From NCBI RefSeq assembly GCF_006345805.1, contig NC_043007.1, forward strand, positions 25,234,001-25,298,000: a stretch of DNA of 64,000 bases. Reading direction: 5' to 3'. Under the pieces are notes generated by a model, which saw only the letters and a program-made list of their open reading frames with translations, did no database searches and was not told the DNA's origin. The position numbers and the translations under genes were made by a program. Origin of the DNA: Octopus sinensis. Taxonomy: Eukaryota. Shown piece after piece: positions 12,231-25,040 of the stretch. Numbering within the stretch: position 1 is the stretch's first letter; every line of letters starts with the position of its first letter.

Positions 12231-13542
12231 CAGCGTAAGTGAATAGAAAAATAGAATCTTCAGCCATGTAACAGTAGCAGTAGTAGTAGTAGCAGCAGCA
12301 GCAGAGGTTGTGATGGTGATGGTAACAACTCTTTTTGATTTTTTACCCTAGGCCAACAGTTTTAAGGGGACAGGGAAGCTCAACTCTGGTGCTCAGCTGG
12401 TAATTATTTTATCAACCCCTAAATGATGAAAGTTAAAGTTGATCTCATCGACATTTGAACTCGGAACATAAAGCACTGGAACAAAGGCCACGAAGTATTT
12501 TTAATCATTTTGTCAATCCATTGCCCTTTGGTAATAATTTTGATGATGATGATAATGATGGTGATTCTTTCTACAATAGGTACAATGTCTGAAAGTTTGG
12601 AAGAGTGGGCTAGTCAATAATAATAATAATAATAATATTAATAAAATGCCCTGATGCAGTTCCAGGCAGTGGCTCTTGTAGTTTCTAATCTTAACTGATT
12701 GGAAGTGTTATCATGTACATTGTTTTGTCTTGGTATAAAAGATGGGCTACAGCAAATATTCTGCTCAATACCACAGATTTGCTTGTCAGTTGTTTGACCT
12801 TAACCACTTGACCATGTCCTTTAGTGGCTGACGATATGAGCATCTCTGATCATGAGAATATGTAGTAGGGGAGCATCATAGCCATGTGTTGAGAGGGATT
12901 TCTTGGGGTTTGAATAATTCACCTCTGGAAACATGGGTGTTTCGTTCAACATCCTTAAACAATCCTTATTCAGGGACCTTTTGAGCAGGATGGGTTACTC
13001 GACCAGAAGAGCATTCTAACTGGGCCCCACCTGCAAGGTCATGTGCTGTTTATCTTGATATGAGATCACCATGTCACGCACATATGGTTGTGGTGCATGT
13101 GCCTGGTATACCCTTATCAGATGGGTAGTCATGATGGGTATACTGGTCTTCGTATATTTTACCCCAGTGTCACTTTGATGGCATGCGCTGCTCTCTCACT
13201 CAATAATAATAATAATAATAATAATCCTTTCTGCTATAGGCACAAGGCCTGAAATTTTGGGGGAGGGGTCTAGTCGATTAAATCGATCCCAATGTGTAAC
13301 TGGTACTTATTGCATCGACCCAATAAGATTAAAGGCAAAGTCAACCTAGGTGGAATCTGAACTCAGAACATAAGGACAGATGAAATGCCACTAAGCATTT
13401 TGCCCAGTATGCTAATGGTTCTGCCAGCCTGCTACCTAGAATAATAATAATCTTTTCTACTGTAAGCACAAAGCCTGAAATTTGGTGGGGGAAGGGATAT
13501 ATCGATTACATTGACCCCAGTGCATAACTGGTACTTATTTCA

Positions 13543-13930
13543 GTGGAGGCGCAATGGCCCAGTGGTTAGGGCAGCGGACTCGCGGTCATAGGAACGCGGT
13601 TTCGATTCCCAGACCGGGCGTTGTGAGTGTTTATTGAGCGAAAACACCTAAAGCTCCACGAGGCTCCGGCAGGGGATGGTGGTGATCCCTGCTGTACTCT
13701 TTCACCACAACTTTCTGTCAGTCTTACTTCCTGTTTCTGTTGTACCTGTATTTCAAAGGGCCGGCCTTGTCACTCTCTGTGTCACGCTGAATATCCCCGA
13801 GAACAATGTTAAGGGTACACGTGTCTGTGGAGTGCTCAGCCACTTACACGTTAATTTCACGAGCAGGCTCTTCTGTTGATTCGGATCAACCGGAACCCTC
13901 GTCGTCGTAACCGACGGATGTGCTTCCCCA
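13543..13930 (+). mobile_element. Young tRNA-derived SINE; other copies at 33078-33464 (-), 37954-38341 (-), 40816-41201 (-), diverged 50627-50930 (+)
   Basis: A-box tggcccagtgg and B-box gtttcgattcc; TSDs cttatttca (9 bp), ttctgctagttact (14 bp), acacacaaacacatc (15 bp). Confidence 0.88.
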
Positions 13931-14629
13931 CTTATTTCATTGACCCTGATAGGATAAAAGACAAAGTTGATCTTGGCAGAATTTGAACTCAGAACATGAA
14001 GCTGGACAAAGTACTGCTAAGCATTTTGCCCAGCGTGTAAAAATAGGAAAGCTTAGAGAGTGTTTGTGGACAGTTGAGTGAATCTGATGTTGCTCAAAGA
14101 GGTACAGAACCAGCATGGGGGTAACTCCGCTGCTGATATTGAGGGTTGCGTTCTATGCCTTGACCCGAGCATAGAATGGGGCTTGCCACTTTGAGCTGGA
14201 AAAGAATGGAATGCCTGGTATGGTCTTGTTGTGGCTACCCACTCCTTAAAAAATGGGGAATAGGCCCAGGTATATAATCGTCGTTTAACGTCCGTTCTCC
14301 ATGCTAGCATGGGTTGGACGGTTCGACCGGGGTTCTGGGAAGCCAGAAGGCTGCACCAGGCTCCAGTCTAATCTGGCAATGTTTCTACAGCTGGATGCCC
14401 TTCCTAACGCCAACCACTCCGTGAGTGTAGTGGGTGCTTTTTACGTGCCACCTGCACAGGTGCCAGGCGGGGCTGGCAATAATAATAATAATAATAATTC
14501 TTTCTACTATTTTAGAATGTCTAATGGAATTTAAAATTATTTTTATGCATTTGTGTACATTTAAACTAATTAAATATTATTTTACAGAATTATAGAATTA
14601 AAATTTCTTTGATTAAAACCCTTTCTAAC

Positions 14630-15657
14630 ATGGAAGTATCCAAAGAACACTTGAGGCACATAATGCTTTATGAGTACAAAAAAGGAAACTCTGCAGCTGA
14701 AGCGACTTGAAACATACACTCAGTTTATGGGAAAGAATGCTTGAATGAAAGAACTTGCAGAAGATGGTTTGCAAAATTCAGAAGTGGAGATTTCAGCCTT
14801 GAAGATGAAGATCGAACAGGACGTCCAGTTGAATTTGATGATAAGCTCCCTGAGGCATTACTTGAAGAAAATCCTGCATTATCAGTTGAAGAATTGGTAA
14901 TAAAGCTTAGTTGAAACCATACAACTGTTCATCATCATCTTCAACAACTTGGAAATGTTCCTAAACTTGGAAAATGGGTGCCTCATGAATTGTCCGAAAG
15001 CAACCGCAAATCCCAAGTTGACATCTGCTCTTCTCTCCATTCTCGTGAACTCATTTCACCCTTTTTGGATAGACTTATGACTGATGATGAAAAATGGCTC
15101 TTCTATTGAAATGTTAAATGTTGTAAACAGTGGCTTGATAAAAGGGAGAAAGCTCAACCACAACCAAGAGGGGAACTTCATGGGAAAAAGGTTCTTCTCT
15201 CTATCTGGTGGGATTGCAAAGGAGTAATTCACTCTGAATTGTTACCACCTAATGCAACAATCAATGTTCAAGTCTACTGTCAGCAATAAGAGCATTTGAA
15301 CCAAGTTTTGAAGAAAAAAAGACCCACTTTAGTGAATCGAAAAGGCGTGATGTTTCATCAGGACAATGCGTGACTCCACACTGCAAAGATCACATCACAG
15401 AAGATTGAAGAGCTTGGTTGCAAAAAAATTCTCATCCACCTTATTCTCCCAACCTTGCTCCTTCAGACTACCATTTGTTTCATAGTTTACAGAATCATTT
15501 GGGGGACATAACTTTCGCAAGCCAGGAGGAGGTCAAAACTGACATTTCAGAGTTCTTCGCTTTGAAACCAAAAGAGTTTTACATTAATGGGATTAAAAAG
15601 CTTGTAAATAGATGGAAAGATGTCATAGATAATCAGGGAAAGTACATTGATGATTAA
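14630..15657 (+). pseudogene. Full-length decayed mariner (DD34D) transposase
   Basis: MEVSKEHLRHIMLYEYKKG...WVPHEL...TDDEKW...HQDNA...YSPNLAPSDY...GKYIDD-TAA; five in-frame stops and a frameshift near 15420; no intact TIR seen. Confidence 0.92.
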
Positions 15658-15704
15658 ATTTCATTTAAATACAACATTTGATCACTTGATTTCTTTATTC
15701 AAAA

Positions 15705-16081
15705 TTCGGTGAATGATGCCACTGCTACAAACAATTGGCCTCTTAGCTCTTTCAGTTAAACCCCCTGGACCACTATATCCAGGGCATTGTTGAAAGGGTG
15801 ACGTTGCAATACCAAGTACCAAGGACTTGTTAATGTCTGCTGTTGGCAAAATTATGGCCAACATAAATAAAGATCACCTGGTCAATGTATTTAGCTGTTT
15901 CAGAAACTGTATTGAGTCAGTAATAGAAGCTGACAGTAGTTTTTATTGAATGATGCTTTGCTATGTGTATGTAAGAATATGTGTAACAAATTCCATAAAA
16001 AATATATTGGTTTTTCTAATAAATATTTTTGTTTTCCTCAAATCGAAATTTCGCTCTCAAATAGCTGACACACCTTATGTA
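15705..16081 (+). mobile_element. Tc1-like transposon 3' remnant abutting the mariner
   Basis: Frameshifted WP...LNPLDHYI.GIVER...IMANINKDHLV...IESVIEAD, followed by a TIR-like end ...ctgacacaccttatgta. Confidence 0.65.
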
Positions 16082-16267
16082 TTTGAAATGTGGACATATC
16101 ATATACACACACACATCATATATATATAATATATATATATATATATTATATATATATATATACACATGTATGTGTGTGTATATGTATATATACACATATA
16201 TATATGTGTGTGCCTCTCTCTCTCTCTTTATATATATATATATATATACAGGCATATATATATGTAC

Positions 16268-16346
<79 letters not shown>

Positions 16347-16441
16347 ACATGTACATATATATATCATGTGTGCATTTGTATATATACATACATACATACA
16401 TATATATATATATACACACACACACACATACATATATATAT

Positions 16442-16473
<32 letters not shown>

Positions 16474-17744
16474 GCATGTATATATGTATATATCATATAT
16501 ATATGTGTGTGTGTGTGTGTGCGCATATGTGTATAGTGTCTATGCGTGTATCTGCACTCACCTACATACACATCTTCTCTATTTCTTTATTTCTTCTCAT
16601 CACCAACTGACTTTCACCTGCTATCAACCCCACCACCACCACCACCACCACCACCACCACCATCAAAACAGAGACAGTAGTCACTACTCCCATCAAGTCT
16701 CTCTCTCTCTCCCTCCCCCACTCTCTCTTTCAATCTATCTCTTATTCAACCATCTTTATCCTCTTAAATGTTACATTGGCTTTAAACTCTTCAAATTAGC
16801 CTTCTAATGTCATAATCCTTTTTTAGTCTTCTCTACACACTTTTCCTTCTCATTTTCTCTCTCTCTATCTCTCCTCTTCACCAATCTCACTCTCTTCTCT
16901 CTCTGTTCCTTCTTCACTCTCTCAGACTCACTCTGTCTTTTCTCTCCTAGCTCTCCCCCTCTCTCTCTCTCACACACACATACACCTTCTCCTCAAGGGC
17001 AGTGGTTTACCAAGTTAATCCTACTCATTATATGAAGGTCGTTACCTGGGAGAGGAAAAACAAAAATACAAACAAAATACAGAAAAATTTATACCAAAAT
17101 AAATTATTAATATAAATAAAGCAACAAAAATGCAAAAAAATAAAATAAAATAAAATAAAATAAGTAAATTCGTTAAATTACTTGTAATTATTTCAAGCAT
17201 AGACACAATGATGGTAATTTGCAAGAGTGAAATTTGTAGTTTATACCATCAACCCCAGTACGTGACTGGTACTTATTTTATTGAACTAAGGTAGCGAGCT
17301 GGCAGAAATGTTAGCACGCTGGGCGAAATGCTTAGCGGTATTATGTCTGCCATTATATTCTGAGTTCATATTCTGCCGAGGTCAACTTTGCCTTTCATCC
17401 TTTCAGGGTCAATAAATTAAGTACCATTTGCATACTGTGGTCGATCTAATCAACTGGCCCCTTCCCCCAAAAATTTCAGGCCTTGTGCCTAGAGTAGAAA
17501 AGATTATTTTATTGAACTTGAGGAGAGGGGGAAGAAAGGCAAAGTTGACCTTGGTGGGATCTGAACACAGAGCATAAATGACGGGACCAAATACTGCAAG
17601 GCATTTTATGCAACACCCTAACAATTTTGCTAACCCACTGGTTTGTCCACATTACTCTGTAAGGAGCATAGGGCTAGTTTCTTGGTTTTCCTTGCATATA
17701 TATTCATTCCTGGACGGGATTCTGGTCTGTCTTAAGATTACTCA

Positions 17745-18410
17745 TTTTTGCCAGCTGAGTGGACTGGAGCAACGTGAAATGAAGTGTTTTGCTCAAGAAC
17801 ACAACGCATTGCTTGCTCCAGGAATTGAAACCCCAATCTTACGATCACGAGTCCAACACCCTGACCACTAAACCCTGCACCTCCACTTGAGCAGACTAGT
17901 GCAATGTGAAATAAAGTGGTGTGCTCAAGAACACAATGCGTCGACTGGGCCAGGAATTGAAACCACAATCTTCCAATCATGAGTCCAACACACTGACCAC
18001 TAAACCATGCACCTCTACTTGAGCAGACTAGTGCAATGTGAAATAAAGTGGTTTGCTCAAGAACACAATGCGTCGCCTGGGATAGGAATTGAAACCACAA
18101 TCTTCCAATCAGGAGTCCAACACACTGACCACTAAGCCATGCACCTCTACTTGAGCAGACTAGTGCAATGTGAAATAAAGTGGTTTGCTCAAGAACACAA
18201 TGCGTCGCCTGGGATAGGAATTGAAACCACAATCTTCCAATCATGAGTCCAACACACTGACCACTAAGCCATGCACCTCTACTTGAGCAGACTAGTGCAA
18301 TGTGAAATAAAGTGGTTTGCTCAAGAACACAATGCGTCGCCTGGGATAGGAATTGAAACCACAATCTTCCAATCAGGAGTCCAGCACTCTGACGACTAAG
18401 TCATGTGCCT
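17745..18410 (-). repeat. 132-bp tandem array (about 5 units) of a SINE head
   Basis: gagcagactag recurs at 17889, 18021, 18153 and 18285; each unit carries tggcttagtgg-like and ggtttcaattcc boxes on the - strand. Confidence 0.92.
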
Positions 18411-19381
18411 CCCTCTGCCCTTGTTAAGTCGCTACTACCATATTTAATTGTATATATGTTGCACTACGTTATAATTGATTTCAGCTGGGGTGTGACTTAT
18501 ACACAGTTAACTGGACACATGATATTCTGCAATGTGGAACATACATATAGCTGACTGTAGTATTGTCATGTCTCTTGCCTAGCCCTCATCATGACCTGAA
18601 CTGACCAAGGGAGACCAAAATATTCTCACCTAAAACCCATTTATAAACTCCTTTTATACTCTTCTTCTCTCCATGTCAGTACATCGGAAGGTGTAGGCCC
18701 ATTCCTGGGCCTATGAAACTGAATAATGTGGAGCTGAGTCAACCTGTTATTCTTTTCTACTCAAGGCTCAAGGCCCGAAATTTTGGGGGCAGGTGCCAGT
18801 TGAATAGATTGACACATAGATGTGTGTCTGTCTGTATTCTTTGATTTGCTTCAATCATGTGACTGTGGCTATGCTGGAGCACTGCCTTTAGTCGAACAAA
18901 TCGACCCCTGGATTTATTCTTTGTAAGCCTAATACTTATCCTATCAGTCTCTTTTACCAAACTGCTAGGTTACAGGGACGTAAACACACCAGTATTGGTT
19001 GTCAAGCAATGTTGGGGGGACACAGTCACTCAAACATATATACGATGGGCTTCTTTCAGTTTCCATCTACCAAACATCGCTTGTCAAGCATGGTGGGAGT
19101 GGGGGACAAACACAGACACACACACATATAGGACAGGCTTCTTTCAGTTTCCGTCTACCAAATCCACTCACCAAACTTTGGTCAGCCTGAGGCTATAGGA
19201 GAAGACACTTGCCCAAGGTGCCATGCAGTGGGACTGAACCCGGAATCATATAGTTGGGAAGCAAGCGACTTACCACACAGCCACCACTATATTTACACGA
19301 AAGGCTTCTTTCAGCTTCAGTCAACCAAATCCACCCACAAGGCTTTGGATGCAGTCAAATGACTGAAGCAAATAAAAAAAT

Positions 19382-19413
<32 letters not shown>

Positions 19414-21299
19414 CTGTGTATTTGTTCCCTACCGCTGCTTGACAACAAGTATTAGTGTATTTATGTCCCTGTAACTCAGCAGTTTGACAAAAGAGACTGA
19501 TAGAATAAGTAGGCAAACACTTGCCCAAGGTGCCACACAGTGAGACTGAACCTGGAACCATGTGATTGGAAAGCCAGCTTGTCACCACACAGACACACCT
19601 GCACACACACACATATTATGTCTGTATGTGGCTTAAATGCCTCAGAAACTGGGATAAATTCTGTCCTAATAAGCCTGTAAGCTCTAGACAAAATTTTTAA
19701 TACATTAAACATACAACCATGAACTGAGCTGTTTATCTTTTATCACATACTTATTTCTTCTCAGCTTAATATTCCATGTATTAAATCCGCTAACACTAAC
19801 ATACCCATTTACCTGTCTGAGTATTGCATCTCTAAACTTATTTCTAGTTAGCTTTTTTGTATTAAATACACTAAAAGTGGAATATATTTTATCCTCATAA
19901 TGCAAAATTTATTCCACTGTTCTGGCCATTTGTATTACTAATTGTAGACAGAGCGTATCACTAGTGTCCTCCAGGTTTTTCAGTTTTATTATCAATGCTA
20001 AGCTAACTGTATATCTGTCTTACAACATTTTTCTCTCTTTCTCTTTTACTTGTTTCAGTCATTTGACTGCGGCCATGCTGGAGCACCGCCTTTAGTCGAG
20101 CAAATCGACCCCGGGACTTATTCTATCGGTCTCTTTTGCCGAACTGCTAAGTGACGGGGACATAAACACACCAGCATCGGTTGTCAAGCAATGCTAGGGA
20201 GACAAACACAGACACACAAACACACACATACATATATATATATATATACATATATGCGACAGGCTTCTTTCAGTTTCCGTCTACCAAATCCACTCACAAG
20301 GCATTGGTCGGCCCGGGGCTATAGCAGAAGACACTTGCCCAAGATGCCACGCAGTGGGACTGAACCCGGAACAATGTGGTTGGTTAGCAAGCTACTTACC
20401 ACACAGCCACTCCTGCGCCTATATATAATTCTAGTGAGATTTTTACATATATATAATTCTAGTGAGATTTTTAATGCTTATATATACAACCATGCCTGTG
20501 GGTGTTGTAATATTAACACTAATATTGCGAAGCTGAAAAAGGATGCTTTCAGCTCCCAGAAGGGTCAGGGGCTATGAAAATTCAAAGGGATTGTGGATAT
20601 TTCTAGTGAGATTTTTAATGCTTATCTATCTTCAAATATTGTAATGTTAACACAAATATTGCAAAACTGGAAAAAAATGCTTTCAGTTCCCCGAAGGGTC
20701 AGGGGCTACTAGCTTGCCACTTTAGATATTGTAATATTAACACAAATATTACAAAATTGAAAAAGAATGCTGTTATGTTCTGAGTTCAAATTCTGAGATA
20801 GACTTTGCCTTTCATCCTTTCGGGGTTAATAAATTAAGTACCAGTTAAGCACTGGGGTCGATGTAATCGGCTTAATCCGTTTGTCTGTTCTTGTTTGTTT
20901 CCTCTGTGTTTAGCCCCTTGTGGGCAGTAAAGAAATGGGTAAACAAAGGATAATTCATTCATCCATATATATATATATATAATTTGTGTGACTGAAAGAA
21001 CATGCAAATCTTAGAGATATTTAAAGCAGATTTTGTTTTCTTTTTCTGGAAAGTTGCTACAAATGAAATTTTATTTCAAAGATAAAGAAAGACAGAAGGA
21101 AAATGGTAAAAAATACAAAAATATGGTTAGAGAGAGAGAGAGAAAGTAAGTCTAATAGAACATGAAGATCTAATGTTATACTTTTACTTTTTTTTTTTAT
21201 TTAAATACTTTTTTGTAGATGTTTTATGTGAATTGATAATAAACTAATTTTTGGGACTCCTCACAAAACAATTACCAAACTAGTAATGTTTAACCAGTC

Positions 21300-21343
<44 letters not shown>

Positions 21344-21416
21344 TATATAATATGAATATTTATATCACACAGTGAGTCTGTCTATATATAGACTATGCAA
21401 TGATCTGGCATCAATA

Positions 21417-21581
21417 TCACCGAATCTGTTTTTTCTCATTATCTGAATCTGAATCAGAACTGTCTGAAGATGTAGAACCATCAGAGGAGCTGGAACCACC
21501 ATCACTGCTACTACTCGAGTCACTAGTGTCACTTGTTGTGTCAGCAGCCTGAGATGAAACGGCCTGGCTTTGTTGTTTATT
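21417..21581 (-). CDS. LRPPRC: LRPPRC terminal exon (Ser/Asp-rich tail)
   Basis: ttccacag|NKQQSQAVSSQAADTTSDTSDSSSSSDGGSSSSDGSTSSDSSDSDSDNEKKQIR-TGA; phase 0 continues the previous exon. Confidence 0.75.
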   Translation of the reverse strand, partial: NKQQSQAVSSQAADTTSDTSDSSSSSDGGSSSSDGSTSSDSSDSDSDNEKKQIR

Positions 21582-21911
21582 CTGTGGAACAAAATGAAAA
21601 AATGTCTGTTATATATATATATATATATATGTTTCTTTACTACCCACAAGGGGCTAAACATAGAGGGGACAAACAAGGACAGACAAATGGATTAAGTCGA
21701 TTACATCGACCCCAGTGCGTAACTGGTACTTAATTTATCAACCCTGAAAGGATGAAAGGCAAAGTCGACCTCGGCGGAATTTGAACCCAGAATGTAATGG
21801 CAGACGAAATACAGCTACACATTTCGCCCAGTGTGCTAACCTTTCTGCCATTTCAAATATTTTTTAAATTAAAAAAATTTTTTTTAATTTTAATGTCTAT
21901 TATATATACAT

Positions 21912-22365
21912 ATCATCATCATCATCATCATCATCATTTAATGTCCGTTTTCCATGCTGGCATTGGTTGGATGGGTTAACAGGAGCTGACAAGCTGAAGG
22001 GACATTCAGGCTCCCTGTCAGTTTTGGTAGGTTTTTATGGCGGGATACCTAACACCAACATCTTTACAGAGTGTAATGGGTGCTCATACACAGCACTGGC
22101 ACAGGTGCATTTTACATGGCACCAGCACCTATGAGCCTGCAAGATTAGGAATGCTCAGTTGGGGAAGGCAGCAGGGGGCAAGGACAACCACACATTTGCT
22201 TAGCTTGACACGTATTTTCAAGCACAGCAAACTGCCAAGGGTCTTGGTCCCCTGCCATCCCCCCTGTGAGTCCCAACAACTGTAGATCCTTTTTTACCAC
22301 TTTATCCCACATCTTCCTGGGTGTACCCCTGCCACATGTTCCCGTAACAATTAGAGATTGACATA
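21912..22365 (-). mobile_element. RTE LINE C-terminus joined to the abundant (GAT)n-tailed repeat
   Basis: GRGTPRKMWDKVVKKDLQLLGLT...DQDPWQFAVLE upstream of the ...gcatggaaaacggacattaaatgatgat end. Confidence 0.7.
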
Positions 22366-22420
22366 TCTTGATATAACTGTCTTCAGTCATTCGCATACAT
22401 AGGCATATATAGACATATAA

Positions 22421-22453
<33 letters not shown>

Positions 22454-22980
22454 ACTAAATCAAGATATATTGTACACATATATTTTTCACGCTAAGAGTT
22501 GCTGAAGCATGGAACAAACTGCCGGCATCAGTTGTTAGTTGTCGGAACACTGCATCCTTCAAAACTTCCATGCTTTCTGAGATTCGCCAACACTACACCC
22601 GATTTTCTCCCCTCCATACACACACAAGCATGTATCTGACTCATACATTGTTCGCTTTCCAGACATTTCTACATTACTGCATGTACTTTATACGCACTTT
22701 TGACAAGTTGTGGTGCACCTGAGCACTCTCTTTACTCTCTTTTACTTGTTTCAGTCATTTTGACTGCGGCCATGCTGGAGTACCGCCTTTAGTCGAACAA
22801 ATCGACCCCGGGACTTATTCTTTGTAAGCTTAGTACTTATTCTATCGGTCTCTTTTGCCGAACCGCTAAGTGACGGGGACGTAAACACACCAGCATCGGT
22901 TGTCAAGCAATGCTAGGGGGACAAACACACACCAGCATCGGTTGTCAAGCAATGCTAGGGGGACAAACACAGACACACAA

Positions 22981-23023
<43 letters not shown>

Positions 23024-23367
23024 TACGACAGGCTTCTTTCAGTTTCCGTCTACCAAATCCACTCACGAGGCATTGGTCGGCCCGGGGCTATAGCAGAAGA
23101 CACTTGCCCAAGATGCCACGCAGTGGGACTGAACCCGGAACCATGTGGTTGGTTAGCAAGCTACTTACCACACAGCCACTCCTGCGCCTATATACAATAG
23201 GCACTGTATACAATAATTTCATTATTATACAATAAACTCTTTACCACACCAACAATGATGACGTGAATGACCCCTACCAGTTCATGCTTACAATGGTATC
23301 AAATAACATGCACAAGATCCCCTTAGAGAGGAACAGTAGAAAATTTAAGTATTTCACATGTACTTAC

Positions 23368-23510
23368 CTTCCATGGTATAGGGATTTGCTTTCTCTTCAA
23401 TAGGGCTTCAAGCTGAGCCACAGAATTTTGATTTAGACCCGTTGCAGGAATTCCCTTTTCTTCAGCGGTTTTGATGATAGCCAAACTACCTTCCACATCA
23501 CCTTGTGAAA
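23368..23510 (-). CDS. LRPPRC: LRPPRC exon
   Basis: tgtatag|(V)SQGDVEGSLAIIKTAEEKGIPATGLNQNSVAQLEALLKRKQIPIPWK|gtaagt; aligns to human YVSEKDVTSA...LLKYAGEPVPF as recalled. Confidence 0.85.
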
Positions 23511-24955
23511 CTATACAAAAAGATAATTATATATATATAATCAATGAAATTCCAATTTAGTCTGATTTTCACATTTTATTAATTTTTTACTTGTTTCAGT
23601 CATTTGACTGTGGCCATGCTGGAGCACCGCCTTTAGTCGAGCAAATCGTCCCCAGGACTTATTCTTTGTAAGCCTACAACTTATTCTATCAGTCTCTTTT
23701 GCCGAACCACTAAGTTACGGGGACGTAAACATACCATCATCGGTTGTCAACAAACACAGACACACAAACGTACACACACACACATACATATATACATATA
23801 CACGACGTGCTTCTTTCAGTTTTCGTTTACCAAATCCACTCACAAGGCTTTGGTCAGCCTGAGGCTATAGTGGAAGACACTTGCCCAAGGTGCCACGCTG
23901 TATGTTGTGTTCTTGAGCAAGACACTTTATTTCAGATTGCATCAGTTCACTCAGCTGTAGAAACGAGTTGCAACGTCACAGGTGCCAAACTGTATCAACC
24001 TTTGCCTTTCCCTCGGACAACATCAGTGGCGTGGAGAGGAGAGGCTGGTATGCATGGGCGACTGCTGGTCTTCCATAAACAACCTTACCCAGACTTGTGC
24101 CTCAGAAGTTAACTTTCTAGGCACAATCCGATGGTCATTCATGACCAAAGAGGGTCTTTACCCTTTTTATCTACTTCATTGAACTAACATGACTAAAACA
24201 CTACTCACAGTCCAGCAACAAACTAAGATTGAACCAGAGTCTCAATGTTCATATATCTTACAACATATATCATCATCATCACCATTATTATTATTGCGAG
24301 AACAGTGCATGCCATCAAAGTGACACTGGGCTAAAATATACAAAGACCAGTATACCCATCATGACTACCCGTCTGATAAGGGTATACTAGGCACATGCAT
24401 CACAACCATATGTGCGCGACATGGTGATCTCATATCAAGATAAACAGCGCATCACCTTGGAGGTGGGGCCCAGTTAGGATTTTCTTCTGGTCGAGTAGCC
24501 CATCCCGCTCAAACGGTCCCTGAATAAGGGTTGTTTAAGGATGTTAAACGAAACACCCATGTTTCCCGAGGTGAAATATTCAAACCCCAAAGAATTCCTC
24601 TCAACACATGGCTATGATGCTCTCCCACTACTTCTGCTCGTGATCAGAGATGCACATATCGTCAGCCACTAAGGGACATGCTCAACTGGTAAAGGTCAAA
24701 CAACTGACAAGCAAATCTGTGGTATTGAGCAGAATATTTGCTGTAGCCCATCTTTTATACCAAGACAAAACAATGTACATGATAACACTTCCAATCAGTT
24801 AAGATCAGAAGTCATGAGAGCCACTGTCTGGTACTGCATGAGGGCATTTATTATTATTATTATTATCATTATTATTATTATTAGTGTTGTTAGTTTGTTA
24901 GTGTTTTTTTTTTCACTATTTCTTATTCCTTTTCTTATTGTCAATGCAAACTTAC

Positions 24956-25040
24956 CAGGAATGAACAAATGTTGACCATAGATGAACCTCAAAGTTGGGA
25001 GTTGTGTAAATATGGTTGGCAACACCTTAAAGACATCTTC
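24956..25040 (-). CDS. LRPPRC: LRPPRC exon
   Basis: tctacag|EDVFKVLPTIFTQLPTLRFIYGQHLFIP+g|gtaagt; phase 0 to 1. Confidence 0.78.

Noticed and set aside
13543-13615. tRNA-like sequences with A and B boxes (also 28925, 33400, 38270, 41130, 50627)
   Set aside because: They continue into SINE bodies with tails and TSDs, so they are not standalone tRNA genes.
15418-15657. ORF resembling the SETMAR or mariner C-terminus as a functional gene
   Set aside because: It is the tail of a transposase with multiple stops and a frameshift; no SET domain is present.
17738-18364. 208-aa ORF with 44-aa repeats; also considered as a CRISPR-like array
   Set aside because: It is the translation of a 132-bp SINE-head tandem repeat; there are no unique spacers, no cas genes, and the context is eukaryotic.
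19705-19905. 66-aa non-repetitive minus-strand ORF (HYEDKIYSTF...)
   Set aside because: Non-ATG start, stop codon just upstream, no recognisable motif or clear splice sites; compatible with chance in AT-rich DNA.
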